Origin: Clostridia bacterium
GTDB taxonomy: Bacteria > Bacillota > Clostridia > Oscillospirales > CAG-272
Reading direction: 5' to 3'
NCBI GenBank assembly: GCA_017507905.1
Contig: JAFWAA010000031.1
Span: 1 to 51,686 of the forward strand
Length of the DNA: 51,686 nucleotides
Below are positions 25,860 through 35,312 of the stretch, one piece after another (within the stretch, counting starts at the first letter, position 1; the number at the start of each line of letters is the position of its first letter). Under the pieces are notes generated by a model, which searched no databases, had not been told where the DNA came from, and saw only the letters and a program-made list of their open reading frames with translations. The position numbers were made by a program, and so were the translations under genes.

Positions 25860-26783
25860 TTATATAAATTCCTTATAGAGTGAATTTTCACGGATATACG
25901 CCAAGCTGACGACGGGAATGTCTCTCAGCTGATGCAGAACGGTCTCGGCATCCTTGAAGAAGGGATCCTCGGGAGAGAAATCCCGCAAAAGCTCGAGCAG
26001 ATAGGGCTTGAGCATACCGACCTCATAGGGCATCGTGGAGTCGATGCAGTAATCGCAGGTGTGCACGTAGGGGAAAATGCTGGTATCCTCGTTAGCGCGC
26101 ACGCTCTGCCAGAGGTAGAAGGTAAAGGCGGCCTTGGCCCCGCGGTAGCGCGAATCACGCACCAATCGGCGCATCAGACGAAGCTCCTCGGGGTCAAAGA
26201 CCTCTCCGCCCTGCTCAATGGAGGATGCGGGATAGATATAGATGCAGCGGTAGATCCCCCGATTGAGGATCTCGCGCACCTTGGGATAAAGGACTTGAAT
26301 GCCCTCGAAGAGGAAAACGTCGCTCTCCCTTGGTTGTATGAGCTTTCCCTCCACGCGATAGCCGGTCTGGAAATCAAAGCGCGGAAGTCGGGTCTCCCGA
26401 CAAGCCATCAGCGCCTCGACCTTCTCGCGCAGAAGCTCGATGTCGATGGTCGCCTCCGAATCGTAGTCGATCTCCACGTCGGGATCGTCCTCGGCCATTT
26501 CGTGCAGATAATCCTTATCGTAATAGAAATCGTCGATGGAGATCACGTGGACGCGGTGTCCATACTCCTCAAGGCATTCGGTCAGCTTGCGCGCGGCGGT
26601 CGTCTTGCCCGAGCAGGTGGGTCCTGTAAGACCGATAAACCGAAGCTCGGGAATGCTTGCCACCTGCCGTGCCACGGCGTCCATGCGCATTTCGAGATCG
26701 TCGTCACAGCGCTCCACAAAGGACTTCCACTCCTCGGGGGTCCGGTAAGGCATTACGGTCAGTGTCCGGGAATCACGTTTCAT
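25860..26783 (-). CDS. Uridine/nucleoside kinase family protein
   Basis: P-loop GPTCSGKTT, SIDDFY, FEGI, RRLVRD. Start moved to MKRDS. Confidence 0.78.
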   Translation of the reverse strand: MKRDSRTLTVMPYRTPEEWKSFVERCDDDLEMRMDAVARQVASIPELRFIGLTGPTCSGKTTAARKLTECLEEYGHRVHVISIDDFYYDKDYLHEMAEDDPDVEIDYDSEATIDIELLREKVEALMACRETRLPRFDFQTGYRVEGKLIQPRESDVFLFEGIQVLYPKVREILNRGIYRCIYIYPASSIEQGGEVFDPEELRLMRRLVRDSRYRGAKAAFTFYLWQSVRANEDTSIFPYVHTCDYCIDSTMPYEVGMLKPYLLELLRDFSPEDPFFKDAETVLHQLRDIPVVSLAYIRENSLYKEFI

Positions 26784-26821
26784 CAGTAAGCCCTCTCCTT
26801 TCGTTTGGGTAAACGGGGATC

Positions 26822-28324
26822 TCAGGTATCCAACACGCCCTGGCGGCGGTAGAATTCCTCGATCGCCGCACATTTCTCCTGCGTGCTTTCGTCACGCAGA
26901 TATTCGTAGGGATACTTGGGATAGAATAAGCGCTCGATCACGGGCTTTCCGCCGTCATCGGGGCGATAATTGACCATTTTGGATACGGCACCCGCACCTG
27001 CCGCAAAGATGGAATGGACCTCCTCCATCATGTAGATGTTGTAGCGTCCCTCGTATCCGTCAAGTGAGAAGCCCACGTTCTCGAGGTTGCCTACCGTATT
27101 CTTCTGGCGGTACATATAGTACGGGATATAGCCATCCTGCTGGGACTTGAGCTGGGTATAGTCCACGCACTTTCCGGCATCGCCGCCGCGCATGGAGTAG
27201 ACCTGCCCTCCCGTCTGTCGCAGAATGTCGGAGGCCTTCTTGATGCAGAAGGTATGTACCGTAATGTTCTCGGGATGCAGAGCAAGAATGCGGTCGAAGG
27301 TTCCCGAGAAGGTCTTGAAGCTGTCGCCGGGAAGACCGACGATCAGATCGGTGTTGATGCAGGAGATGCCCGACTCGCGGGCGATCGAAAACGCACGGTA
27401 AAAGTCCTCGGCGGTATGGCTTCTGCCGATATTGCAGAGCACCTCGTCGCAGAGCGACTGCGGATTGACGCAAACGCGGGTAACGCCGTATTCCTTGGCC
27501 ACGGCAAATTTTTCGGCCGTGATGGTGTCCGGGCGTCCCGACTCAAGGGTGTACTCCTCAAGCGTTGAAACGTCAACCAGCTCGGCGATCGCCGAAAGCA
27601 AAAAGCGAAGCTGATCTGCCGAAAGGATCGTGGGCGTTCCGCCGCCGATATAGACCGTCTTGATGGAAAGTCCAAGCTCGCGGATCTTGCCTACCGTCAT
27701 GCGGATATCCTTGACCAAGTGCAAAAGATACTCGGGGATCAAGGCCAGGAGCTTTTCGGAGGTATAGGACACGAAGGAGCAATAGGAGCATCTCGTGGGG
27801 CAGAACGGAATGGAGATATAAAGGCTGCAATCCTTTTTCTGCGGCTCGCCGATGATGCGCTGCTCGTTGAGGGCAACGTCGGTGGCCAGGGCCGCCTTTT
27901 TGGGGATCACGAAATAATCCGTGTTGAGCGTCTTCTTGACGCGCGTCTTGCTCATGCCCGCCTGCAAAAGCTCGGTTGCCACCTTCGAGGGACGAACGCC
28001 GGTGAGCATTCCCCAGGAGGGGCGGTAGCCCAAGAGCTCGCCAAGCGCCGAGATCACGGCCGCACCGCAGGCCAGCTTTGCCGTCTTTGCACGGTCGACC
28101 TCGCCGGAATACGCCTGAAAGCGCTCGGCAGTTGCCGCCTTACCGTCAAAGGCTGCAAAGACACTTGCAGAAAGCCCCTCTGCCTCCTCGCGCAGCGAAA
28201 GCTTGAGCACGGGCGCATCCTCGCGCGTCTCCTCACCTGCACCGAATTTTTCGCCGGGGAAAAAGATCATGCAGAGCGTCTGCACGTAGTATGGATTGAT
28301 TTTTCCGTCTAAAATCAGCTTCAT
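26822..28324 (-). CDS. hemZ: Radical SAM protein HemZ
   Basis: IPFCPTRCSYCSF, YIGGGTPT, GRPDTI, PYYMYRQKN, N-terminal RPSK. Confidence 0.92.
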   Translation of the reverse strand: MKLILDGKINPYYVQTLCMIFFPGEKFGAGEETREDAPVLKLSLREEAEGLSASVFAAFDGKAATAERFQAYSGEVDRAKTAKLACGAAVISALGELLGYRPSWGMLTGVRPSKVATELLQAGMSKTRVKKTLNTDYFVIPKKAALATDVALNEQRIIGEPQKKDCSLYISIPFCPTRCSYCSFVSYTSEKLLALIPEYLLHLVKDIRMTVGKIRELGLSIKTVYIGGGTPTILSADQLRFLLSAIAELVDVSTLEEYTLESGRPDTITAEKFAVAKEYGVTRVCVNPQSLCDEVLCNIGRSHTAEDFYRAFSIARESGISCINTDLIVGLPGDSFKTFSGTFDRILALHPENITVHTFCIKKASDILRQTGGQVYSMRGGDAGKCVDYTQLKSQQDGYIPYYMYRQKNTVGNLENVGFSLDGYEGRYNIYMMEEVHSIFAAGAGAVSKMVNYRPDDGGKPVIERLFYPKYPYEYLRDESTQEKCAAIEEFYRRQGVLDT

Positions 28325-28339
28325 AAAAAACTTCCTTCG

Positions 28340-28795
28340 TTATTTCTTCTTCAGCACGTCACTGTCCATGACGATGGTTACGGGGCCGTCGTTGAGAAGC
28401 GAGACCTCCATGTGCGCGCCGAAGATGCCGCTCTCCACGCGCTTGACCTCTTTTGCGGCAAGGGATTTGAAGAATTCGTAGAGGCGCTCGGCCTCCTCGG
28501 GTCTTGCAGAGGCCAAAAAATCCGGGCGGTTGCCGTGGCGGTAATTGGCCATCAGGGTAAACTGGGAGATCACGAGAAGCTCGCCGTCGATATCCTTAAT
28601 GGAGCGATTCATCTTCCCTGCCTCATCCGGAAAGATGCGCAGGTTGACGATCTTGCGGCAGAGCAGCTCTGCGTCAAGCTCGGTATCTCCCTCGGCTACA
28701 CCGAGCAGGAGAAGAAATCCGCGTCCGCAGCTGCCGACCACCGATCCGTCCACCGCGACCGATGCGTGCGCTACCCGTTGTATCACTGCTTTCAT
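28340..28795 (-). CDS. dtd: D-aminoacyl-tRNA deacylase
   Basis: MKAVIQRV, SQFTL, NDGPVT. Confidence 0.97.
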   Translation of the reverse strand: MKAVIQRVAHASVAVDGSVVGSCGRGFLLLLGVAEGDTELDAELLCRKIVNLRIFPDEAGKMNRSIKDIDGELLVISQFTLMANYRHGNRPDFLASARPEEAERLYEFFKSLAAKEVKRVESGIFGAHMEVSLLNDGPVTIVMDSDVLKKK

Positions 28796-28852
28796 AAGCC
28801 TTCACCTTAGTCTGCCCTGCAGACTCCTTTTTGTTGAACTTCCGCGCACGGA

Positions 28853-31084
28853 TCACGAAAATCCGCGCACGATACTGAATACGCCGTCCAGCGTTTTGAG
28901 CCTGGAGACGATGGAATGGTAATGATCAATGTTGCGGCAGCCGATCTTGAGGTTGACGATGGAGCGCTCCTCATTGCGGCTGACCACGCCGACCTGAAGA
29001 ATGGATACGCGCATATCGGCAAGCGCCACCGAGATATCGGCCAGCATACCGATGCGGTCGTCCACGTGGACCTGCAGAAGTGCCTCGTACACGCTCTGTG
29101 CGTCTCCGCGCGTCTGTGCAGCCTCCCAATGAGCCTCCTTCCAGCGGTCGGCATTCTCGGGATTTTGCTTGCCCTGAAGGACGTTCGGGCAATCCTGCTT
29201 GTGAATGGAGATACCAAAGCCCTTGGTGACAAAGCCGATGACGGGATCCCCCGGCAAGGGATTGCAGCACTTGGCAAACTTGACGGCGCATCCGCCCTCG
29301 CCGTCCACGATGATGCCGCTGTTGGAGCGGATCTTCTTGGTTGGCCTTACCACGGGCAGATCCTCGGGGAGAAGCTCAACAGGCGCCTCCTCTACCTTGA
29401 CCACGCGGTCGCACTCGTCCTGCAAGCGCTTGAGGATCTTGGACATCATCAGTCCGCCGTAGCCGATCGCGCAGAAGAAATCCTCCGCGCAGCTGAAGCC
29501 CAGCCGTGCGGCAAGCGTTGCAGTGATGGCATCGCTCTGCGCCTCGGTGACGGTGCGACAGTGCTTGCGGATCTCGGCCTCCACGGCAGAGCGTCCGACG
29601 TGAATGTTCTCGGGCCGCTTCTCCTTTTTGAACCATGCGCGGATCTTGGAGCGTGCCTGGCTGGTCTTGACCATGGAGAGCCAATCGCGGCTCGGTCCGC
29701 GCGAGGCGGAGGAGGTCAGGATCTCCACGATCTCGCCGTTCTGCAGAACGCGATCGATGGGCACGATCATGCCGTTGATCTTTCCGCCGATCATCTTGTC
29801 GCCGACCGCCGAGTGAATGGCGTAGGCAAAGTCGATCACGTTTGCTCCGTTGGGCAGCGCGATAACGTCACCCTTCGGGGTAAAGACGAAGACCTCGTCG
29901 TGGAAGATATCGGTCTTGAGCGCGTGCATAAATTCGTCTGGATCGCGCTCCTCGTTTTCGGTCTCGATCAGACGGGCGACCCACTCCAGCTTCTTATCCA
30001 TCTCCTCCTTGGAGGAGGCACCGGACTTGTATTTCCAATGCGCCGCGATACCGTACTCGGCCACGTGGTGCATCTCCCAGGTGCGGATCTGCACCTCAAA
30101 GGGAATGCCGTCACGGCCGATAACCGTGGTGTGCAGAGAGCGGTACATATTCGGCTTCGGGGTAGAAATGTAATCCTTGAAGCGTCCGGGGATCGAGTTG
30201 AACATCTCGTGGATCAGACCAAGCGCCGTGTAGCACTCAAGCTCGGTATCCACGATGATGCGCAGGGCGTAAAAATCGTAGATCTGGTCGAAGGACTTAT
30301 TCTGGTTATACATCTTCTTGTAGATGGAATAAACCGACTTGATGCGTCCCTCTAAGGTAAAGTGAATGCCGTTCTCGGCCATTTTGTGACCGACGTCGGC
30401 GCGGATATGCTCAATAAAGCCAAGCGTCTCGCCGTACTTCTCCTCAATGTACTGCTGTACCTCGGCGTATCCGATGGGATCGAGGTATTTCAGGCTGAGG
30501 TTCTCCAGCTCCTGCTTGATCTTTTGCATACCGAGACGGTGTGCTAAGGGAGCGTAGACCTGCATGGTCTCCAGAGCCGTGGTGCGGCGCTTGGGATCGG
30601 GCTTGACCGAAAGCGTGCGCATATTGTGCAGTCGGTCGCAAAGCTTGATGAAGATCACGCGGATATCGCGGGACATGGCAAGAAGCATCTTGCGCAGGTT
30701 CTCGATGTGCGCCTCCTCCTTGTCGTCCACCTGCATGATCACGATCTTGGTCAGACCGTCCACCAAAAGGGCAACGTTTTCGCCAAAGAGCTTCTCGATC
30801 TCCTTCAGATCGGTCTTCTCTGCGCAATCCTCGACCGTGTCGTGCAGAAGCGCCGCGCAGATGGAGTCGGTATCCAGCTCCAATCCCGCAACGATCTCCG
30901 CGACCGCGATGGGGTGGGAAATATAAGGATCGCCACTGACGCGGAACTGCCCGCGGTGCAGATCGTTGGCATACTCGTAGGCCTTTGTGATCTTTTCCAG
31001 ATTGTATTTTTTTCCGGTGGCGCGGAGAATATCCAGCAAGCGCTGAATGCCACTCTCGGCAACGGTCGGATGTTGATCGGTCAT
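28853..31084 (-). CDS. rel: Bifunctional (p)ppGpp synthetase/hydrolase
   Basis: HD motif LLHDTVED, RFKD, YRSLHT, TGS (VFVFTPKG), zinc finger and ACT domain. Confidence 0.96.
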   Translation of the reverse strand: MTDQHPTVAESGIQRLLDILRATGKKYNLEKITKAYEYANDLHRGQFRVSGDPYISHPIAVAEIVAGLELDTDSICAALLHDTVEDCAEKTDLKEIEKLFGENVALLVDGLTKIVIMQVDDKEEAHIENLRKMLLAMSRDIRVIFIKLCDRLHNMRTLSVKPDPKRRTTALETMQVYAPLAHRLGMQKIKQELENLSLKYLDPIGYAEVQQYIEEKYGETLGFIEHIRADVGHKMAENGIHFTLEGRIKSVYSIYKKMYNQNKSFDQIYDFYALRIIVDTELECYTALGLIHEMFNSIPGRFKDYISTPKPNMYRSLHTTVIGRDGIPFEVQIRTWEMHHVAEYGIAAHWKYKSGASSKEEMDKKLEWVARLIETENEERDPDEFMHALKTDIFHDEVFVFTPKGDVIALPNGANVIDFAYAIHSAVGDKMIGGKINGMIVPIDRVLQNGEIVEILTSSASRGPSRDWLSMVKTSQARSKIRAWFKKEKRPENIHVGRSAVEAEIRKHCRTVTEAQSDAITATLAARLGFSCAEDFFCAIGYGGLMMSKILKRLQDECDRVVKVEEAPVELLPEDLPVVRPTKKIRSNSGIIVDGEGGCAVKFAKCCNPLPGDPVIGFVTKGFGISIHKQDCPNVLQGKQNPENADRWKEAHWEAAQTRGDAQSVYEALLQVHVDDRIGMLADISVALADMRVSILQVGVVSRNEERSIVNLKIGCRNIDHYHSIVSRLKTLDGVFSIVRGFS

Positions 31085-31120
31085 ATCGATCTCCTTTCTA
31101 TCGGAGGGAAACCCGCTCGC

Positions 31121-33322
31121 TTAGGAACGGGGCATGCTCTTGTGCATTTGGGATTTGAGACGGTGGAGGATCGAGGATTTCTCCAGATTCGTCTTGGAGG
31201 TATGAAAATAGAACTCAAATACGTAGCGGTCCTCGGAAGGCTCGGTCACACCGCAGATCTGCAGCTCCTGCATGATGCGAATGATGAACTTGAGCTTGAC
31301 GTAGCCGATGGAGTCCACGCCCTGCGCGTGCAGAAGCGAGAGAATGCGACGGATCGGGAAAACGCTCTTCCCTGCGCGGAATTCGCGGCGCAGAAGCGTA
31401 TAAACGATCGCCATATCGTCGCGTGTGGGAACGAGATCCTCCTCGGGGAAAAGCTCTCCGCCCGCTCGGATCTCCTCATAGCGCGCCTTCTCACGGGTAT
31501 ACGTCTCCTCCTCGCTCTCCGAACGGTGCAGATCCTGCAGGAGCAGCTGAATGGAGGTGATGCCGTGGAATTCGTTGACGTTGAGCTGGAAGAGCAGATC
31601 GACCGTATCCATCGGCTCAAGCTCAAGACGTGCGGGATTGACGTTGAACCAAACGGCGTTCAGCTCGATGCCGTCCTTCTCCAGGGTAAGCTTGGTATGC
31701 TTTCCGCCGCCCATCGGAAGCACGCGAAGGACTCTTGCCTCGCGCAGGACCAGATTGGGGACGGGATTGGATACGCCGAAGGGCTCCATCCGTGCGATCT
31801 CGGTTGCCAGGCGCATATGCAGCTCGCACGCCTCGACCTCGCAATCGGCCTCCAGACGAATGGAGAAGGACTCCTCGCCAAGATGCTCTGCCGCATACTC
31901 GTTGATGCGGCGGCGGAACTCCTCGATCATACAGCGGCGGACAGTAAGACCAGCCGCCAGCTCGTGACCGCCAAAGCGGACCAGCGAATCCTCACACGCG
32001 GTAAGTGCCTCGACCAGATTCATTCCCTTGATGCTGCGGCCGGATCCCTTGCCCAGATCGTCCGGGGCGGGATAGCCGCGCGTTGCTCCGTCAAAGGAGA
32101 TCAGAATGGAGGGAAGACCGTATTTTTCGGTAATGCGTGAGGAAACGATACCGATAATGCCCTGCTGCCAGGTGTCATCGTCGATCACGATCACACGGTC
32201 GCGTGTGGGATCGAGCGTCTTTTCGATCTTTTTGTATGCCTGCTCGGCAATTCGGTTTTCCTCGACCTGACGCGTCAGGTTCAATTCGCAAAGCTCCTCC
32301 GCATAGCGGCGAGCCGTCTCCACGTCCTCGGCCAGAAGCATCTCCACGGCGATCGACGCGTTGCTGACGCGTCCTGCCGCATTGATGCGGGGGGCGATGA
32401 CGTAGCCGATAAAGCCGGAATTGATCTTTCTCTTTTTGCGTGCCTGCGAGCCGTTTCCGCTTCGCTCGGAGACGGCGTCAAAGAGTGCGCGAAGTCCCGG
32501 GCGTCGTGTCTCCTCCAAAAGAGCAAGACCAAGGGTAACGATCAGGCGATTTTCGTCCACGATGGGCATGACGTCGGCAATGGTGCCGATGGCCACGAGG
32601 TCGGCATATTTCTTGCAGATCTCGCGAACGCCGTCAAGCTCGGAGATCCCCTCCTCGCGGCATCTGGTCATCTCCAGGGCGCACACCACCTTGAAGACCA
32701 CCCCAACGCCTGCAAGCTCGGGGAAAGGATAGGTGTCATCCGCACGGTGCGGATTGACCACCGCCTCGGCCTTGGGAAGCTCGGCGCGGCACTCGTGGTG
32801 ATCGGTGACCACCGTGTCGATCCCCAGTCCCTTGGCATATTCGATCTCCGCGTTTGCCGTAATGCCGGTATCCACGGTGATCATCAGCTTGACCTCTCGC
32901 TCGGCAAGACGGTCGATCGCCGGCTCGGAAAGGCCGTAGCCCTCGCGGATACGGCTGGGAATGTAATAGCCCACGTCTCCGCCACGGGAGGTCAGATATA
33001 AGTAGAGCAGACTGACGGAGGTAACTCCGTCAACGTCGTAGTCTCCGTAAATGGCGATCCTCTCGCCACGCTTCAGCGCCAGATGAATGCGCTCCACCGC
33101 GCGCTCCATATCCTGCATACCGTAGGGATCATGCAGCTGCGTTTCCTCCTGATGGAGAAACGCGACCACCGCCTCGGGCGTGGTAAAGCCGCGCGTATAG
33201 AGCAGGCGCGCCATGACCGGGGAGAACCCGGTTGCCTCGACGATGCGCTCCACCGCCGCCTCGGCCGCGGCGCTTCCCTTCGGATAGCGCAAGGACCAGG
33301 TCTTTTTCTTCTGTTCCGTCAT
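31121..33322 (-). CDS. recJ: ssDNA exonuclease
   Basis: GDYDVDG, DHH, PRINAAGR, GGHELAAG. Confidence 0.96.
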   Translation of the reverse strand: MTEQKKKTWSLRYPKGSAAAEAAVERIVEATGFSPVMARLLYTRGFTTPEAVVAFLHQEETQLHDPYGMQDMERAVERIHLALKRGERIAIYGDYDVDGVTSVSLLYLYLTSRGGDVGYYIPSRIREGYGLSEPAIDRLAEREVKLMITVDTGITANAEIEYAKGLGIDTVVTDHHECRAELPKAEAVVNPHRADDTYPFPELAGVGVVFKVVCALEMTRCREEGISELDGVREICKKYADLVAIGTIADVMPIVDENRLIVTLGLALLEETRRPGLRALFDAVSERSGNGSQARKKRKINSGFIGYVIAPRINAAGRVSNASIAVEMLLAEDVETARRYAEELCELNLTRQVEENRIAEQAYKKIEKTLDPTRDRVIVIDDDTWQQGIIGIVSSRITEKYGLPSILISFDGATRGYPAPDDLGKGSGRSIKGMNLVEALTACEDSLVRFGGHELAAGLTVRRCMIEEFRRRINEYAAEHLGEESFSIRLEADCEVEACELHMRLATEIARMEPFGVSNPVPNLVLREARVLRVLPMGGGKHTKLTLEKDGIELNAVWFNVNPARLELEPMDTVDLLFQLNVNEFHGITSIQLLLQDLHRSESEEETYTREKARYEEIRAGGELFPEEDLVPTRDDMAIVYTLLRREFRAGKSVFPIRRILSLLHAQGVDSIGYVKLKFIIRIMQELQICGVTEPSEDRYVFEFYFHTSKTNLEKSSILHRLKSQMHKSMPRS

Positions 33323-33449
33323 TTCTTCTTATCCCTCAAAGCACCGCAGATCCATCGGCCTCTGCGGCCTTATTCTCTCTTTCATCTATGTTCCGTAGTC
33401 GTGTATGCGTCAAAAGATCCCCGCTCTCGGGGAAATGCGCCGAAAACGC

Positions 33450-35093
33450 TCAGCCCCGGGTCTTCGGTGCGTGTGCGGCCATAAGGGCCATGGCCGAGCG
33501 GAGGCCGTCCACGGCCGCGCTCGTGATTCCTCCCGCGTATCCTGCACCCTCGCCTGCGGGATAGACCAGGCTGTGCCCGATCCCCGTGAGCGTGCTTGGA
33601 TCGCGAAGGATGCGCAAGGGAGCAGAGGTCCTGGTCTCGGGGGCGGTCAAGACCGCATCCCGACAGGCAAAGCCCGCAAGCTTTCGGTCAAAGGAAAGAA
33701 AGCCCCTGCGCAGAGTGGTGAGGACGTATTCCGGAAGGATCGCGGAAAAGTCTGCCGGCGTCACCGCGCCGCCTCGGTAGGTGGGCAGGATCCGTTGAGG
33801 AGCCGTTCCGCGCTTCCCCTCCAGAAAATCGCCCATCGTCATGATCGGGGCGCGGTAATCTCCGCCCCCTGCCAAAAACGCCGCGCGCTCGATTTTGCGC
33901 TGGTATTCGATCGCACCGAGCGGAATACTGCCCTCGATCGGCGCAATATCCTCGGGACGGATCGAAACCGCCACGGCAGAGTTTGCATTTCTTCCGTCTC
34001 TGGCATGATGGCTCATGCCGTTGACCACAATTCCGCCTGCTTCACTTGCCGCGGCGACCACCTCGCCGCCTGGGCACATACAGAAGGTATACACGCCTCG
34101 CTCGCCCGTGGTATCCGAAAGGGCGTACTCGGCAGGACCAAGTGCAGGATGCCCGGCCAAACGACCGTAAAGCGCCTCGTCGATCTCCGCCTGCAGATGC
34201 TCCACACGCACACCGACCGAAAAGGGCTTTGCCTCAACGGCATAGCTCTTGCGGATCAGAGTACGGTAGGTATCGCGCGCACTATGCCCGGGAGCCAGGA
34301 TCAGCGCTCCGCAGGGAATGTCCCCCTGGGAGGTAACGGCGCAAATCCCGTCGGCGCACTCCACGATATCGTCAAGACGGCAGCGGTAACGCAGCTGACC
34401 GCCCAGCCGCTCGATCTCCCGAAGCATGGCCGAGACCACGCCGCGCAAAAGATCCGTGCCCACGTGGGGCTTGGCCTTGAACAGGATCTCCTTCGGTGCG
34501 CCAAACTCGACCAGCGTCTCCAGAACCAACGAGCAATAGGGATCCTGAATGCGCGTGATCAGCTTGCCGTCCGAGAAGGTCCCTGCCCCGCCCGCGCCAA
34601 ACTGAATATTGGAATCCGGGTCGAGCGCTCCCTCAGCGGTAAAGCGGGCAACGTCGCGTACGCGATCCTCAACCGAGGCGCCGCGATCGATCAGAATGGG
34701 CGCATAGCCGTTTCTCGCCAGCAGCAGAGCCGCAAAAAGCCCGGCAGGCCCCATGCCGACGACCATCGGCGGATAGGCGAGCGGATGCTCCCCGATAACG
34801 GGAGCGAGCGTCTCTCGCTTCAGGATCCGCGCATCGGCGCGCGAAAGAACCGTCTCGGCAAGTGCCTTTTCGGGAAGCTCTCCCTCGGCAAGCACGGTGC
34901 AAACGAAGCGGATATCCTCGCGGTGTCTGGCATCAACAGACTTTTTATAAAGCCGAAAATGAAGCGTGGAGGTTGGAATACCCGCCCGCTTCATTTTGTC
35001 CCTTGCTTTGTTTAAGATCTCCTGCTCGGCAGAATCCACACCCACGCGGATCCCGCCGATCAGAAGCTGTGTGCATACGGTGCGTTTGGTCAT
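33450..35093 (-). CDS. NAD(P)/FAD-dependent oxidoreductase (uncharacterised)
   Basis: VGMGPAG Rossmann motif, FGAGGAGTFSDGK, FCMCPGG, GEGAGYAGGITSAAVDG. Confidence 0.88.
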   Translation of the reverse strand: MTKRTVCTQLLIGGIRVGVDSAEQEILNKARDKMKRAGIPTSTLHFRLYKKSVDARHREDIRFVCTVLAEGELPEKALAETVLSRADARILKRETLAPVIGEHPLAYPPMVVGMGPAGLFAALLLARNGYAPILIDRGASVEDRVRDVARFTAEGALDPDSNIQFGAGGAGTFSDGKLITRIQDPYCSLVLETLVEFGAPKEILFKAKPHVGTDLLRGVVSAMLREIERLGGQLRYRCRLDDIVECADGICAVTSQGDIPCGALILAPGHSARDTYRTLIRKSYAVEAKPFSVGVRVEHLQAEIDEALYGRLAGHPALGPAEYALSDTTGERGVYTFCMCPGGEVVAAASEAGGIVVNGMSHHARDGRNANSAVAVSIRPEDIAPIEGSIPLGAIEYQRKIERAAFLAGGGDYRAPIMTMGDFLEGKRGTAPQRILPTYRGGAVTPADFSAILPEYVLTTLRRGFLSFDRKLAGFACRDAVLTAPETRTSAPLRILRDPSTLTGIGHSLVYPAGEGAGYAGGITSAAVDGLRSAMALMAAHAPKTRG

Positions 35094-35287
35094 AAGACCT
35101 CTCCCGCGCGCACCTCTACGTCATCTGCGCCAGCCTCCTTGGCAGACACCTGCGTATTGACGATCAGGAGCCAGAGAAGCATGGCAAGAAGCAAGCAAAA
35201 AAGTCGGGGCAAAATATCCCAGCGGCGCAAGCGCTTCTTTACCGTTTCCTTGGGGGCCATCATGTGGCCGATCGCATTTTTCTTCAC
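35090..35287 (-). CDS. Mini-CdaR-like single-TM protein
   Basis: GTG start with RBS. ILPRLFCLLLAMLLWLLIV resembles the CdaR N-terminal TM. ATGA coupling to the next gene. Confidence 0.65.
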   Translation of the reverse strand: MKKNAIGHMMAPKETVKKRLRRWDILPRLFCLLLAMLLWLLIVNTQVSAKEAGADDVEVRAGEVL

Positions 35288-35312
35288 GGTTACGTCCCTT
35301 CCTTTCTCTTGC

